IMG/VR virus record: IMGVR_UViG_3300017917_002441
Coordinates: 85,074-149,073 of that record
Length of the DNA: 64,000 nt
Reading direction: 5' to 3' (one strand)
DNA from: a virus
Shown here: in pieces, positions 54,461-63,893 of the stretch
Numbering within the stretch: the stretch's first letter is position 1
Layout: each line of letters begins with the position of its first letter
Made by a program: the position numbers and the translations under genes
The notes under the pieces: model-generated
Seen by the model: the letters and a program-made list of their open reading frames with translations, nothing else
Database searches by the model: none
Told to the model about the DNA's origin: nothing

Positions 54461-54670
54461 ATGACACAAAAAGTTTACAAAACAGCCCAAGGCAAAACTT
54501 TGGACATGGGCAAACTCATGCTACAAAACGAAAAGATTCGTGCTGTAGGCAACATGAAAGTCAACGCCCGCGGTGACGAAGTAGATGACATGAACAATGT
54601 TATTCGTAGCAAGCCAGAGCAAGTCAACAAACAATACAACAAACAAGTAACTAACCCACGTAGAAAATGA
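54461..54670 (+). CDS. Hypothetical protein
   Basis: TAAATA and AGGAG upstream; AVGNMKVNARGD. Confidence 0.75.
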   Translation: MTQKVYKTAQGKTLDMGKLMLQNEKIRAVGNMKVNARGDEVDDMNNVIRSKPEQVNKQYNKQVTNPRRK

Positions 54671-55068
54671 GTAAACACGCATTTGAACCACACAAGATTG
54701 CCCGGGCACAACTCAAGGCCCTGCGTGATCACGTCATTGTCACAGACATGAACTTTGAAACTCGTCTCAGCACCGGCGGCATTATTATCCCTGGCGACAA
54801 CGGTACTACCAAAGGTATCCGTCCACGCTGGGGACATGTATATGCTGTGGGCCCTGAACAAAAGGACATCAGCGTGGGACAGTGGATTTTGGTAGCACAC
54901 GGTCGTTGGACACGCGGCCTAGACATTGAAGATGAAAACGGCAAACGTACCATACGCAGAGTTGACCCCAAAGACATCATGCTTGTGAGTGACGAGCGCA
55001 TGGACGACGAAACATTTTCGGATGCCATTCATATTGACAAGAAGCCGGATCATATGTTACACTCGTAA
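54667..55068 (+). CDS. GroES-like co-chaperonin
   Basis: LKALRDHVIV...STGGIIIP...GHVYAVGP. Confidence 0.8.
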   Translation: MSKHAFEPHKIARAQLKALRDHVIVTDMNFETRLSTGGIIIPGDNGTTKGIRPRWGHVYAVGPEQKDISVGQWILVAHGRWTRGLDIEDENGKRTIRRVDPKDIMLVSDERMDDETFSDAIHIDKKPDHMLHS

Positions 55069-55069
55069 C

Positions 55070-55309
55070 ATGGGCTTCAAAAAACCACTAGACAGAAACA
55101 ACACTCTTCAAGAACTTCGGCGTGCATACGTTGAAGTTCTTTCACCTTATAACGACGGATACAATGCTTGGACAATCAAACAAGATCTTTACCGTATAAA
55201 GTTTGAGTTAGATTTGATGCTAGAACAATGCCCAAAATTTGCCGACGAAGAGGAGTTTTTAAAACAACATGAACAACAGCGAATCTGGGCCAAGCTCAAA
55301 CAAATGTAA
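55070..55309 (+). CDS. Hypothetical protein
   Basis: ATG 6 nt after the -10 of TTGACA-N18-TACACT; SPYNDG motif. Confidence 0.65.
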   Translation: MGFKKPLDRNNTLQELRRAYVEVLSPYNDGYNAWTIKQDLYRIKFELDLMLEQCPKFADEEEFLKQHEQQRIWAKLKQM

Positions 55310-55452
55310 TGCCTGCGGCGAAGACATTCGCCCTGACTGTGATTGGCGGCAAGGACGTTGCCCTCATGCACCAGCCATGATTGACTCAATACTGCTTGAC
55401 AGTTACCGATCAAGGTTTTATAATTTAATCAATACAATAAGAGGATTTTTCA

Positions 55453-55635
55453 ATGAGCGGAAAAGGTAGTAGACCCCGGCCATTTAGTGTAACACAACAA
55501 GAATTTGATCAAAAGTTTGACAGCATTTTTGGCAAGAAGCCGGCCAAGGAATCTTATGTTCCACCACCACTGCCCGAAGACGTTGTCAAAAAAGAATCAA
55601 GCAAAGACAAACTAAAGAAACTATTTGGAGAATAA
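55453..55635 (+). CDS. Small hypothetical protein
   Basis: GAGGA RBS; GKGSRPRP...FDSIFGK. Confidence 0.65.
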   Translation: MSGKGSRPRPFSVTQQEFDQKFDSIFGKKPAKESYVPPPLPEDVVKKESSKDKLKKLFGE

Positions 55636-55636
55636 T

Positions 55637-55843
55637 ATGCAAGTAAGAGCAGAACAAATCAAAGAAGGCGGTGTGCCGTGTGGTTGCGGCCGCAGTCCCA
55701 CAGGGTTTTGCTGTGGTTGGCATGCGCTGACTGAGGAAGCATACCAGGCCAAAGCAGCCGAATATGACTTGGCCAAGTATCGTGAACAAGCTGAAGAAAT
55801 GTGGTTCAACGATGGATCATGCACCGGCGGAAAAGCAGAATAA
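55637..55843 (+). CDS. CDGSH-like iron-sulfur-binding small protein
   Basis: CGCGRSPTGFCCGWH resembles the CxCx2Sx3PxCDGxH signature. Confidence 0.6.
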   Translation: MQVRAEQIKEGGVPCGCGRSPTGFCCGWHALTEEAYQAKAAEYDLAKYREQAEEMWFNDGSCTGGKAE

Positions 55844-55845
55844 TC

Positions 55846-56091
55846 ATGCAGCCGATACAGCCCCCACAAACGATCAAAATCTATCAGTTGGTGCGGCAAA
55901 GCGGCATGAATTTTAGTTCTATGGCAACTGCGACCACTGGCATAAATCTTGGACTTGGCTTCTTTATTACTTTACAAGAAGCTGAACATTATCGTACACT
56001 AGAAGTATTGAAACTCACCAGTGGCAGTCAAGATCGTTTTCACATATTTGAACTTGAAGTTCCAAATCCAGCATACAAAGGCAACGAATGA
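55846..56091 (+). CDS. Hypothetical protein
   Basis: ORF in operon. Confidence 0.6.
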   Translation: MQPIQPPQTIKIYQLVRQSGMNFSSMATATTGINLGLGFFITLQEAEHYRTLEVLKLTSGSQDRFHIFELEVPNPAYKGNE

Positions 56092-56405
56092 AAGAATTGC
56101 GCCGGACCACCATTCGTCACATGCCATTACCTCACCCAAAAAACAAGTTCAAGTATTGTTTTGAAATGCGCGATTATGGGGGCAATGAGCGGGCAGAGTT
56201 AGAAGCGTGGTGTTTAGCTGATCCAGAAAATCGCCGTTGGGGCAACATGGGGTACGTAGAATGTAAACTGGATAGTGATGCCATTGCGTTTATCACAACC
56301 TGGGGCATCAATTGTCCCAGGGCAATTATAAAAACACCTAAAGTTTTAGACAACGAAACGGTGTCCAAGCTTGGGTATAGCAGAGTAGGATTGGGTAATG
56401 TATGA
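56088..56405 (+). CDS. Hypothetical protein
   Basis: Coupled ORF; EAWC...DAIAFITTW resembles the FxLRW family. Confidence 0.6.
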   Translation: MKELRRTTIRHMPLPHPKNKFKYCFEMRDYGGNERAELEAWCLADPENRRWGNMGYVECKLDSDAIAFITTWGINCPRAIIKTPKVLDNETVSKLGYSRVGLGNV

Positions 56406-56593
56406 GTAAGATACCTATATTAGAAAAATTTGCCGCACAAAGTCTAGTTGAACATGATGGTGAGCTAATCTTTAGTAAAGAAAAGTTCGCCGAGTTGGTT
56501 ATCAAAGAAACACTACAAGTTGCTCGTGCTGGTATAGAATATGGCGATGGTATGGAAGATGCTGTTTACAAATATTTTGGAGTTGAAGAATGA
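56402..56593 (+). CDS. Hypothetical protein
   Basis: EKFAELVIKE...YFGVEE. Confidence 0.65.
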   Translation: MSKIPILEKFAAQSLVEHDGELIFSKEKFAELVIKETLQVARAGIEYGDGMEDAVYKYFGVEE

Positions 56594-57513
56594 AAGAATT
56601 ATGGGTAGAAAAATACCGTCCCAAAAACATGGACGGTTACGTATTTGTTGATGATAATCAACGTCAACAAGTGGCAGCCTGGGTCAAAGAGGGAACTATT
56701 CCTCATTTGCTACTCAGCGGTTCGCCGGGCACTGGCAAGACTACACTGGCCAAGATGCTGATCAATGAGCTGGGTGTAGATGAGTATGACGTAATGTTTG
56801 CAAACGGCTCCAAAGAAGGTCGTAAGATTGAGTGGGTAGACAAACTGATCTCGTTTTGTCAAACAATGCCGTTTGGCAAGTTCAAGGTTGTGTTGATTGA
56901 CGAAGCTGACTACTTGAACCCTAACTCAGTACAGCCCGCAATGCGTAACTTGATGGAAGACTACAGTCAAACAGTGCGCTTTATTTTGACTTGTAACTAT
57001 CCCAACAAGATTATTCCTCCGCTACACAGTCGTTGTCAAGGCTTTCATATCGTCAAAACAGATCACACAGAGTTCACAGCACGTGTGGCCACTGTGTTAG
57101 TAACAGAAGGTGTAGAATTTGAACTTGATACGCTGGACAGCTATGTCAAGGCCACATATCCTGACTTGCGTAAATGTTTGAATCTAGTTCAGCTCAACAG
57201 CCAAACAGGTCGGCTAGTTGAACCCGGCGCTTCAGACCGCAGTACTCGTGACTGGAGACTGGATTGTGTGGAATTGTTCAAACACGGCAAAGTTCGAGAG
57301 GCACGTACATTGTTGTGCCAAAGCTCTACGCCAGAAGAAGCAGAAGAGATTTTCCGCTGGATGTATGACAACATCGAACTGTTTGGCAAATCGCCTGAAC
57401 AGCAAGATCAAGCCATTGTGATTATTCGTAACGGACTTGTGAACAACACCATGGTAGCAGATACTGAAATTAACTTGAGTGCAACACTTATTGAACTGGG
57501 AAATATAGAATGA
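56590..57513 (+). CDS. Sliding clamp loader ATPase subunit (RFC small/T4 gp44-like)
   Basis: LWVEKYRP, GSPGTGKT, IDEAD, FILTCNY, SRC. Confidence 0.93.
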   Translation: MKELWVEKYRPKNMDGYVFVDDNQRQQVAAWVKEGTIPHLLLSGSPGTGKTTLAKMLINELGVDEYDVMFANGSKEGRKIEWVDKLISFCQTMPFGKFKVVLIDEADYLNPNSVQPAMRNLMEDYSQTVRFILTCNYPNKIIPPLHSRCQGFHIVKTDHTEFTARVATVLVTEGVEFELDTLDSYVKATYPDLRKCLNLVQLNSQTGRLVEPGASDRSTRDWRLDCVELFKHGKVREARTLLCQSSTPEEAEEIFRWMYDNIELFGKSPEQQDQAIVIIRNGLVNNTMVADTEINLSATLIELGNIE

Positions 57514-57815
57514 GATATTTGATGTTAACGTATTACCGTAAACCCAACGGTCAAATTGACGAAGCCATGGAAGTTTCAAAACGAGTACGCACCCGTGACC
57601 TCCAGTGTGCCAATGTGATTCTGGACTTCAAGCTACAGCGTGTGGACAAGTGTAGCATGGACGGTGCGTCTGTGCCCAAAAATTGGGACAGAATTGTCAG
57701 CTACTACTACCAGCATTATCCCAATGTCATAGAGCGACTGTTTACCGAAAACGGACACCCCATCAATATCATTGCAGATGCACCCGAGCAACCTCCGGTT
57801 GACCAAACAAAATAA
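57510..57815 (+). CDS. Hypothetical protein
   Basis: Coupled to the clamp loader gene. Confidence 0.7.
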   Translation: MRYLMLTYYRKPNGQIDEAMEVSKRVRTRDLQCANVILDFKLQRVDKCSMDGASVPKNWDRIVSYYYQHYPNVIERLFTENGHPINIIADAPEQPPVDQTK

Positions 57816-57833
57816 CTGTGTTACAATACTAAT

Positions 57834-58424
57834 ATGAAAAATAAAATCATTTTAGTAGATGCAGATGGTGTGCTGTTGGATTGGGAATACGCTTTTGACG
57901 TGTACCTACAAACGCACGGGTTCAACAAAGTTGAGGGCGGCCAATTCAAGTACGACATTGGCAAACGCTACGGCATTGAGCGTGATCAAGGCAAGAAGCT
58001 GATTAAGATTTTCAACGAATCAGCACACATTGGCTTCTTGCCTCCCTTGCGCGATGCTATGTTTTATGTCAAGCGACTGCACGAAGAACATGGCTATGTG
58101 TTTCACTGTGTCACAAGCCTTAGCAAAGACGAAAACGCACAAGAACTACGCAGAATGAATTTGCGTAAGTTATTTGGCGCCACTGCATTTGAAAAGTTTG
58201 TGTTCTTGGACACTGGTGCTGATAAGGACCAAGCACTGGAGCCTTACAGGAACTCCAACTACTGGTGGGTTGAAGACAAAATTGTCAATGCCGAAGTTGG
58301 GCATGAACTTGGACTTAAAAGTTTGCTAATGGAGCATGGTCACAACATGGACTATGAAAACCCAGCTATACCACGTGTGCGCAACTGGAAAGAAATATAC
58401 GATCTAATTGTCAATGGCCAATAA
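57834..58424 (+). CDS. HAD-superfamily 5'(3')-deoxyribonucleotidase-like protein
   Basis: ILVDADGVLLDW, WVEDK, RVRNWKEI; apparently leaderless. Confidence 0.85.
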   Translation: MKNKIILVDADGVLLDWEYAFDVYLQTHGFNKVEGGQFKYDIGKRYGIERDQGKKLIKIFNESAHIGFLPPLRDAMFYVKRLHEEHGYVFHCVTSLSKDENAQELRRMNLRKLFGATAFEKFVFLDTGADKDQALEPYRNSNYWWVEDKIVNAEVGHELGLKSLLMEHGHNMDYENPAIPRVRNWKEIYDLIVNGQ

Positions 58425-59478
58425 GTTTTGTGGCTTTTTAAGCAATGGCCTGAGAGTACAAACTGACTGGGATCGACTCAAGGCCATGCCCTGTTGCGCT
58501 TATCCTGGCGCACCGGTGTACTTTGATGATCCCGAGTTTGACACAAAGTTTGTAAAAATACACAACCAAGTCAGTTGCACTGGTTGTAACTATCACCACG
58601 AACCCAAGAACAGTCTACGTGGGCAGGCCAGCCGTTTAGTGCCACCAGATGCCCAAAGCGGTGCTATAACGTACCTGGAACTCAGTATTGATCTAGAGTG
58701 TAATGCGGCATGTTTGAGCTGTAACGACAGTTTTAGTTCAACTTGGGCGGCGCAAAACAAAAAATTCAAAATCAAAAGCGAGCACGACTATCCTGATCCA
58801 CAAGATCCCAGGGAAACTGTTGATCAACTGTTTGCACGTTATAACTTTGGTAGTTTGAACCAATTGTTGTTTTTTGGTGGCGAGCCCATGAAGGCTCCCA
58901 CAACAGAATTGTTTTTAACTAGACTGGGGCAAGAATACAATATTGCCAACATTGAATTGACATTTGTTACCAACGCCAGTCTGCCACCCCCGCCAGCTGT
59001 CAGCGCACTGTTTAAGCAGTTTCGCAAAGTCAACCTGAACCTTAGTCTAGACGGCATAGGTGAACAGTTTGAATATTTGAGATTTCCGTTGAACTGGCAA
59101 CGTGTAGTTGACAATATATCGTATCTACGCACATTAGATGTGGATCAGTTTCTAGTAACAGCAACTATCAATCCATTTAATGCGTACTACTGTGATAGGT
59201 TGATTAGCTGGGCTAATAGTTATTTTTCAGGGGATAGATTACACAGTGTGGCGTTTAGCAAATGTACCGGATTAATGGACTTGTACATGACGCCACAGAA
59301 ATTAATCAATGTGTTGCGAGAAAAGTATGCTGACCATCCTCAGTTGGCAAGGATATTTAATTCAACCACAGCTCAAAACAACACCAAAATGATGGAATAC
59401 ATTGCTACCATGGACCGATATAGAAAACAGTCCTGGCAGCAAGTATTTCCCGAAGTGTGTGAGTACTTCGTTAGTTAG
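58414..59478 (+). CDS. Radical SAM protein
   Basis: CNAACLSC, FFGGEP, TNAS, SLDG...YLRFP; extra N-terminal PCC/CxxC. Confidence 0.88.
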   Translation: MANKFCGFLSNGLRVQTDWDRLKAMPCCAYPGAPVYFDDPEFDTKFVKIHNQVSCTGCNYHHEPKNSLRGQASRLVPPDAQSGAITYLELSIDLECNAACLSCNDSFSSTWAAQNKKFKIKSEHDYPDPQDPRETVDQLFARYNFGSLNQLLFFGGEPMKAPTTELFLTRLGQEYNIANIELTFVTNASLPPPPAVSALFKQFRKVNLNLSLDGIGEQFEYLRFPLNWQRVVDNISYLRTLDVDQFLVTATINPFNAYYCDRLISWANSYFSGDRLHSVAFSKCTGLMDLYMTPQKLINVLREKYADHPQLARIFNSTTAQNNTKMMEYIATMDRYRKQSWQQVFPEVCEYFVS

Positions 59479-60205
59479 AGTACAGCTTTAACACATCTCC
59501 TATGATTTTATGACGTTGCACATCTCGAGATTCGAGTGCGCAAACTGCAATGCCCCCCACTGGGTGAGTAGTTAGGCGTTCGCACAAATCCATGAGTCCG
59601 TTTTCTCCGCGACTGCGATCTGCTTGCTCGACGTCACCGGTAATAACAATCTTGCTATTCTGCCCTATACGGGTCATCAACATTTTCACTTGAGCTGGAG
59701 TAGCATTTTGCATTTCGTCTGCGATGATCCACGAATTTTTAAAAGTCCGACCGCGCATGTAAGCCAGTGGCGCAATTTCGATAACTTGGTCTTCAATCAT
59801 GGCCACAATATCTTGTGGTCTATAGTGTTCACGCAGTACGTCTAGCAATGGTCTAGTCCATGGCTCCATTTTGGCAACTAGATTGCCAGGCAAGAAGCCG
59901 TGTTGCTCTCCTTCAACCCCCACTGCTGGTCGGGTCATAATAATTCTCTCGCATGCTCCTTCTTTCAGTGCTTTGATAGCCGCTAGCATAGCCAAGTACG
60001 TTTTACCCGTACCAGCAGGACCCGCTGTGACAATAATGTCTGTATGATCATTTTGTAGAGCCAGAACAAGGCGTTCCTGGTTTCGTGTTCGAGGGACCAG
60101 TACCACAGGCCGCGATTTATACGGTTTCTGTGCCTGTTCAAAAGGGATTGTGTTCTCTACGTTGGTCATACGTTTTTGTGCTTTTTGTGCGCGATTTCTA
60201 CTCAA
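59471..60205 (-). CDS. phoH: PhoH family ATPase
   Basis: GPAGTGKT, GFLPG, LAYMRGRTF, DEMQN, TRIG, GDVEQAD; TTG start after AAGGAG. Confidence 0.95.
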   Translation of the reverse strand: MSRNRAQKAQKRMTNVENTIPFEQAQKPYKSRPVVLVPRTRNQERLVLALQNDHTDIIVTAGPAGTGKTYLAMLAAIKALKEGACERIIMTRPAVGVEGEQHGFLPGNLVAKMEPWTRPLLDVLREHYRPQDIVAMIEDQVIEIAPLAYMRGRTFKNSWIIADEMQNATPAQVKMLMTRIGQNSKIVITGDVEQADRSRGENGLMDLCERLTTHPVGGIAVCALESRDVQRHKIIGDVLKLYSN

Positions 60206-60367
60206 GTGCAATTCTCCTTGTTGAGTTCGTCCAAGTCGGACTTGGTATTTACGGATACGCACAAAGACTTCTATAGGTATTGAATCACTGGTGTATTCGT
60301 TATAAATATCAACCAGGCGGAGATTTCTAGGAAATCAACAAGTCATTGATTGCGTATAAATAACAGC

Positions 60368-60934
60368 ATGGACAAAGAGATTTTTAAGAACCACGAAGAT
60401 TACTGGCAAGTTGCCGACAACATTCGCGACATTTACATGAGCGATGGCAGTCTCAGCACGTTGCTGGACTTTGAGCGTGTGCTTGACGAAGTTGATATCT
60501 ATGCGTTTAAAAACTGGGAGATTGGTGAGCTAGTTGCTGGCCCAGATATTAGCAAGTACCGAGTGGGTTGCACATTTATGTGGCCTTTAAAACTCATGCC
60601 CGACCCACGTGGTGGACGCAGACTACTTCCGTTTGACTGCGAAGTGCGTTACAAAAAACAAAAAATTAAAATCCCTATCAAGATCACTGATCCCAGTGAT
60701 TATATTCCGGGCACACACAAGGCTAGACTAATTGAAAAAGAAGTATGGCTTGTGGAAATTGTCATGCCCAAGGCCTTGATGAGTGAAATACGCACTGGTT
60801 CAATTGAGATGGAAGATCAAGAAATTGACCTGGGAGATCTAGACGATGCATACGAGCAAGATCTAGACAAAGAAGAATATCAAAACGACGAGCAAGCTCA
60901 AGATGCACAACAGAATCTACAACAGGCACAATAA
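60368..60934 (+). CDS. Hypothetical late protein
   Basis: TATAAATA 5 nt before ATG; LLDFERVLD...YAFKNW...MPDP. Confidence 0.75.
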   Translation: MDKEIFKNHEDYWQVADNIRDIYMSDGSLSTLLDFERVLDEVDIYAFKNWEIGELVAGPDISKYRVGCTFMWPLKLMPDPRGGRRLLPFDCEVRYKKQKIKIPIKITDPSDYIPGTHKARLIEKEVWLVEIVMPKALMSEIRTGSIEMEDQEIDLGDLDDAYEQDLDKEEYQNDEQAQDAQQNLQQAQ

Positions 60935-61475
60935 TCCACAAGCTTTGCTAGAAGGCTTGCAATACAAAGATCTTGACGGGATCATGAAGAGCACCGTTCA
61001 CGTAGATGAATTTTCATCTAAAATGGGCGATGACGAAGATATTATTGTTTTGAGTTTTTTTGTTCGTGACAAAGCGGCTGCTCGTGACCTAATGGCTTGG
61101 TTTGAAAAAGGCTATGATTTTGTGCTAGACGCAGATGTCAGCCCTGGCGAAATCAAACCCAATCGTTATCTTGTGTACGTAGAAATCCGTCGTCGCAGTG
61201 CTGCCGCACGTAATGTGTACGAGTTGTTGGACGATCTCAGTACGCTTACAGAATTTGATCCTGATGAGTGGACTGTGGATTACGAAGGCAAGGAATTCCC
61301 ATTCAGCGAAGAAGCATTTGCCAAGGCCATTCCCTTGACGCCTGACGCATACCGCAGATCACACGAAGCCGAACTCAACGACATTCGTGACGCAGCCGGT
61401 ATCCCTCCCAAGAAAATTTACAAAGACAAAAAGTCCCCTGACATTGAGAATTTAAAAGCAGCCGCCGGTATCTAA
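60903..61475 (+). CDS. Hypothetical late protein
   Basis: DEFSSKMG...FEKGYDFVLDADVSPGE. Confidence 0.75.
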   Translation: MHNRIYNRHNNPQALLEGLQYKDLDGIMKSTVHVDEFSSKMGDDEDIIVLSFFVRDKAAARDLMAWFEKGYDFVLDADVSPGEIKPNRYLVYVEIRRRSAAARNVYELLDDLSTLTEFDPDEWTVDYEGKEFPFSEEAFAKAIPLTPDAYRRSHEAELNDIRDAAGIPPKKIYKDKKSPDIENLKAAAGI

Positions 61476-61486
61476 CTACATACTGG

Positions 61487-62119
61487 ATGATTTTAAAAAG
61501 CTTTGGTTGCAGTTTTATCTGGGGCAGTGACTTTCCCAATTCCAGTTGGAGACCCAGTCTTGATACCTGGCCAGCACTGTTGGCCAAAGAGCTTGGATTG
61601 GTGTATCGATGTCATGCATGGCCCGGATCAGGAAACTTGTACATTGCCAAAAAAATACTAGAGCACACTGAACCCAACGATGTAGTGGTAGTGCAGTGGA
61701 CTTTTATTGATCGTTTTGACTATCAGAATCACAGCGGCGAGTGGAAAACTATTAGGCCCATGGGCACTGATACTCTAACTCAAACTCACTATCAAAAAAT
61801 ACACAGCCAATATCGTGACAAACTAACTAGTTTAATTGGTATAAAATCCTGTATAGATCATTTGAAGCAGTTGAATTGTAAATTTGTCATGACATACATG
61901 GATAGTTTGTTATTTGAAACTAAGTGGCACAGTGACCCTGCTATCACAGCCTTGCAAAACTATGTTCGACCCCACTTGTTGTCATTTGACGACAAGAACA
62001 TGTTGGAGTACAGTGTTGCAAACGGGCACCCGGTCAGCAACAACAATCACCCTTTACACAGTGGGCATGCCGCACTGTTTGAATATGCCAAGAAGAATTT
62101 TTTAAAGGAACTGCAATGA
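61487..62119 (+). CDS. SGNH-hydrolase-like protein
   Basis: FGCSFIWG, GSGN, NHPLHSGH. Confidence 0.6.
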   Translation: MILKSFGCSFIWGSDFPNSSWRPSLDTWPALLAKELGLVYRCHAWPGSGNLYIAKKILEHTEPNDVVVVQWTFIDRFDYQNHSGEWKTIRPMGTDTLTQTHYQKIHSQYRDKLTSLIGIKSCIDHLKQLNCKFVMTYMDSLLFETKWHSDPAITALQNYVRPHLLSFDDKNMLEYSVANGHPVSNNNHPLHSGHAALFEYAKKNFLKELQ

Positions 62120-62955
62120 AACAACCCAAACGTATCTTAATCATGGGCTTACCTGGTGCAGGCAAAACCTATTTTGCCGCGGCGCTCAAGAAGTATCTTG
62201 AAACACACAGTGATTTTTTTCATCCCAACACAGAAACATTGAGCCAAAGCAGAGCCACAGTGGGTTGGCTCAATGCTGACGAAGTTCGCAGGCACTATAA
62301 CGACTGGGATTTCAGCAGAGATGGGCGTATTCGCCAAAGTCTTCGCATGCGAGATTTAGCTGATGACAGCAACACTGATTATTGTATTGTAGACTTTGTT
62401 GCCCCACTGCCAGAAATGCGCAACAACTACAAAGCTGACTGGACCATATGGATTGATACCATTGAGGCTGGTCGTTTTGAAGATACCAACAAGATGTTTG
62501 TTCCGCCTGACGTGTATGATTTCCGCATCACCGAGAAAGAGGCAGAAAAGTGGGCTGAGTTTGTGGGCACACACATATTGGAAAACCGTCGACGTCCCAC
62601 ATTCAACTGGCAGCGAGAAACTGTGCAGATGTTGGGACGTTGGCAACCCTGGCATGCTGGGCATCGTGCGTTGTTTGAACGTGCCATTGCCAAGACCGGA
62701 CAGGTTGTGATACAGATACGCGATTGTCAGGGCTGGCAAGGAAGTAATCCATTTGCTATAGAACAAGTCAAAAATTACATACGCCGTGATTTAGATCCCT
62801 TATATCAAGGACAATACGAGATACAGGTAGTGCCCAACATTGTAAACATCACTTATGGTCGTGATGTAGGATATAAAATTGAGCAAGAAACTTTTGACGA
62901 TGCTACACATTCAATAAGTGCTACTAAAATTCGTCGGGAGATGGGGCTTGAGTGA
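62116..62955 (+). CDS. Adenylylsulfate-kinase-like P-loop domain fused to a HIGH-type nucleotidyltransferase
   Basis: GLPGAGKT, NADEVR, DFVAP; second domain GRWQPWHAGH...ISATKIR. Confidence 0.8.
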   Translation: MKQPKRILIMGLPGAGKTYFAAALKKYLETHSDFFHPNTETLSQSRATVGWLNADEVRRHYNDWDFSRDGRIRQSLRMRDLADDSNTDYCIVDFVAPLPEMRNNYKADWTIWIDTIEAGRFEDTNKMFVPPDVYDFRITEKEAEKWAEFVGTHILENRRRPTFNWQRETVQMLGRWQPWHAGHRALFERAIAKTGQVVIQIRDCQGWQGSNPFAIEQVKNYIRRDLDPLYQGQYEIQVVPNIVNITYGRDVGYKIEQETFDDATHSISATKIRREMGLE

Positions 62956-63151
62956 CCTAGCTCGCAGAAGCTTGGTCAAGACCATAAGTTGGCGCCTTAC
63001 TGGTTCAGGTGCCACTTTTGCTATATCATGGATAATAGCGGGAGATTTTGCTATTGCTGGCACAATAGCTGTTATCCAGCTAATTTCAAACACCATACTG
63101 TATTTTGTCCACGAGCGGCTGTGGAACCGTATTAGCTGGGGTCGCAGGTAA
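62948..63151 (+). CDS. DUF2061-like membrane protein
   Basis: RSLVKTISWR...YFVHERLWNRISWG. Confidence 0.8.
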   Translation: MSDLARRSLVKTISWRLTGSGATFAISWIIAGDFAIAGTIAVIQLISNTILYFVHERLWNRISWGRR

Positions 63152-63159
63152 ATACCTGC

Positions 63160-63630
63160 ATGTGGATAGTACACTTTTTACCCGACAGCTTATTACTTTG
63201 GTTCTGTAACATTCTGCTACTGTTTGGCATTGCTGCCACAGTGGCTGGATGGTTTGCACACAGAATCCCCTTTGTTTATCAATACCAACTCATACTCAAA
63301 ATAGCTGGTGCTATTTTGTTGGCCTTGGGCGTGTATTTTCGCGGTGGTGTTGCTGTTGAGCAAGACTGGCGTGATAGAGTCACTGAGCTTGAAAGCAAGT
63401 TGAAAGTAGTTGAAGCTGAAAGCGCCAAGACCAACATAGAAATCAAAGAAAAAGTCATTACCAAGGATCGTATTGTTCGTGAAAAAGGCGAAACAATTAT
63501 CCAGCGTGTGGAAGTGGTAAAAGTTGATCCCAAGTGCGAAGCATTGCCCAAGGAATACTTGGACATACACAACGAAGCCGCACGTATGAATTTGATTGTG
63601 GAAGAGCAATTAAAGGACAAGAAGAAATGA
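63160..63630 (+). CDS. Inner-membrane spanin (Rz-like)
   Basis: N-terminal TMs, coiled coil, C-terminal C...HNEAA; TAAATA upstream. Confidence 0.65.
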   Translation: MWIVHFLPDSLLLWFCNILLLFGIAATVAGWFAHRIPFVYQYQLILKIAGAILLALGVYFRGGVAVEQDWRDRVTELESKLKVVEAESAKTNIEIKEKVITKDRIVREKGETIIQRVEVVKVDPKCEALPKEYLDIHNEAARMNLIVEEQLKDKKK

Positions 63631-63893
63631 AATATCTAATCATGTCCTTAGCATTGTTTTTGTCAGCATGTTCCACAACTGTGCCAGTGAAACAAAAGTT
63701 TCCTGACGCACCTGACATACTCATGGAAAAATGTCAGCAACTAAAAACTGTGGCCGATGACAAGGGTACGTTAAAAGAGTTCTTAAAAGTAGTAATTGAA
63801 AACTATTCACTGCATTATCAGTGCGCTGGCAAAGTACAAGGCTGGCAAGACTGGTATATTGAACAAAAGCGCATTTATGAAAGTGTTAAATGA
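63627..63893 (+). CDS. Outer-membrane spanin lipoprotein (Rz1-like)
   Basis: Lipobox LSAC, Pro-rich segment, NYSLHYQC...WQDW. Confidence 0.7.
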   Translation: MKYLIMSLALFLSACSTTVPVKQKFPDAPDILMEKCQQLKTVADDKGTLKEFLKVVIENYSLHYQCAGKVQGWQDWYIEQKRIYESVK

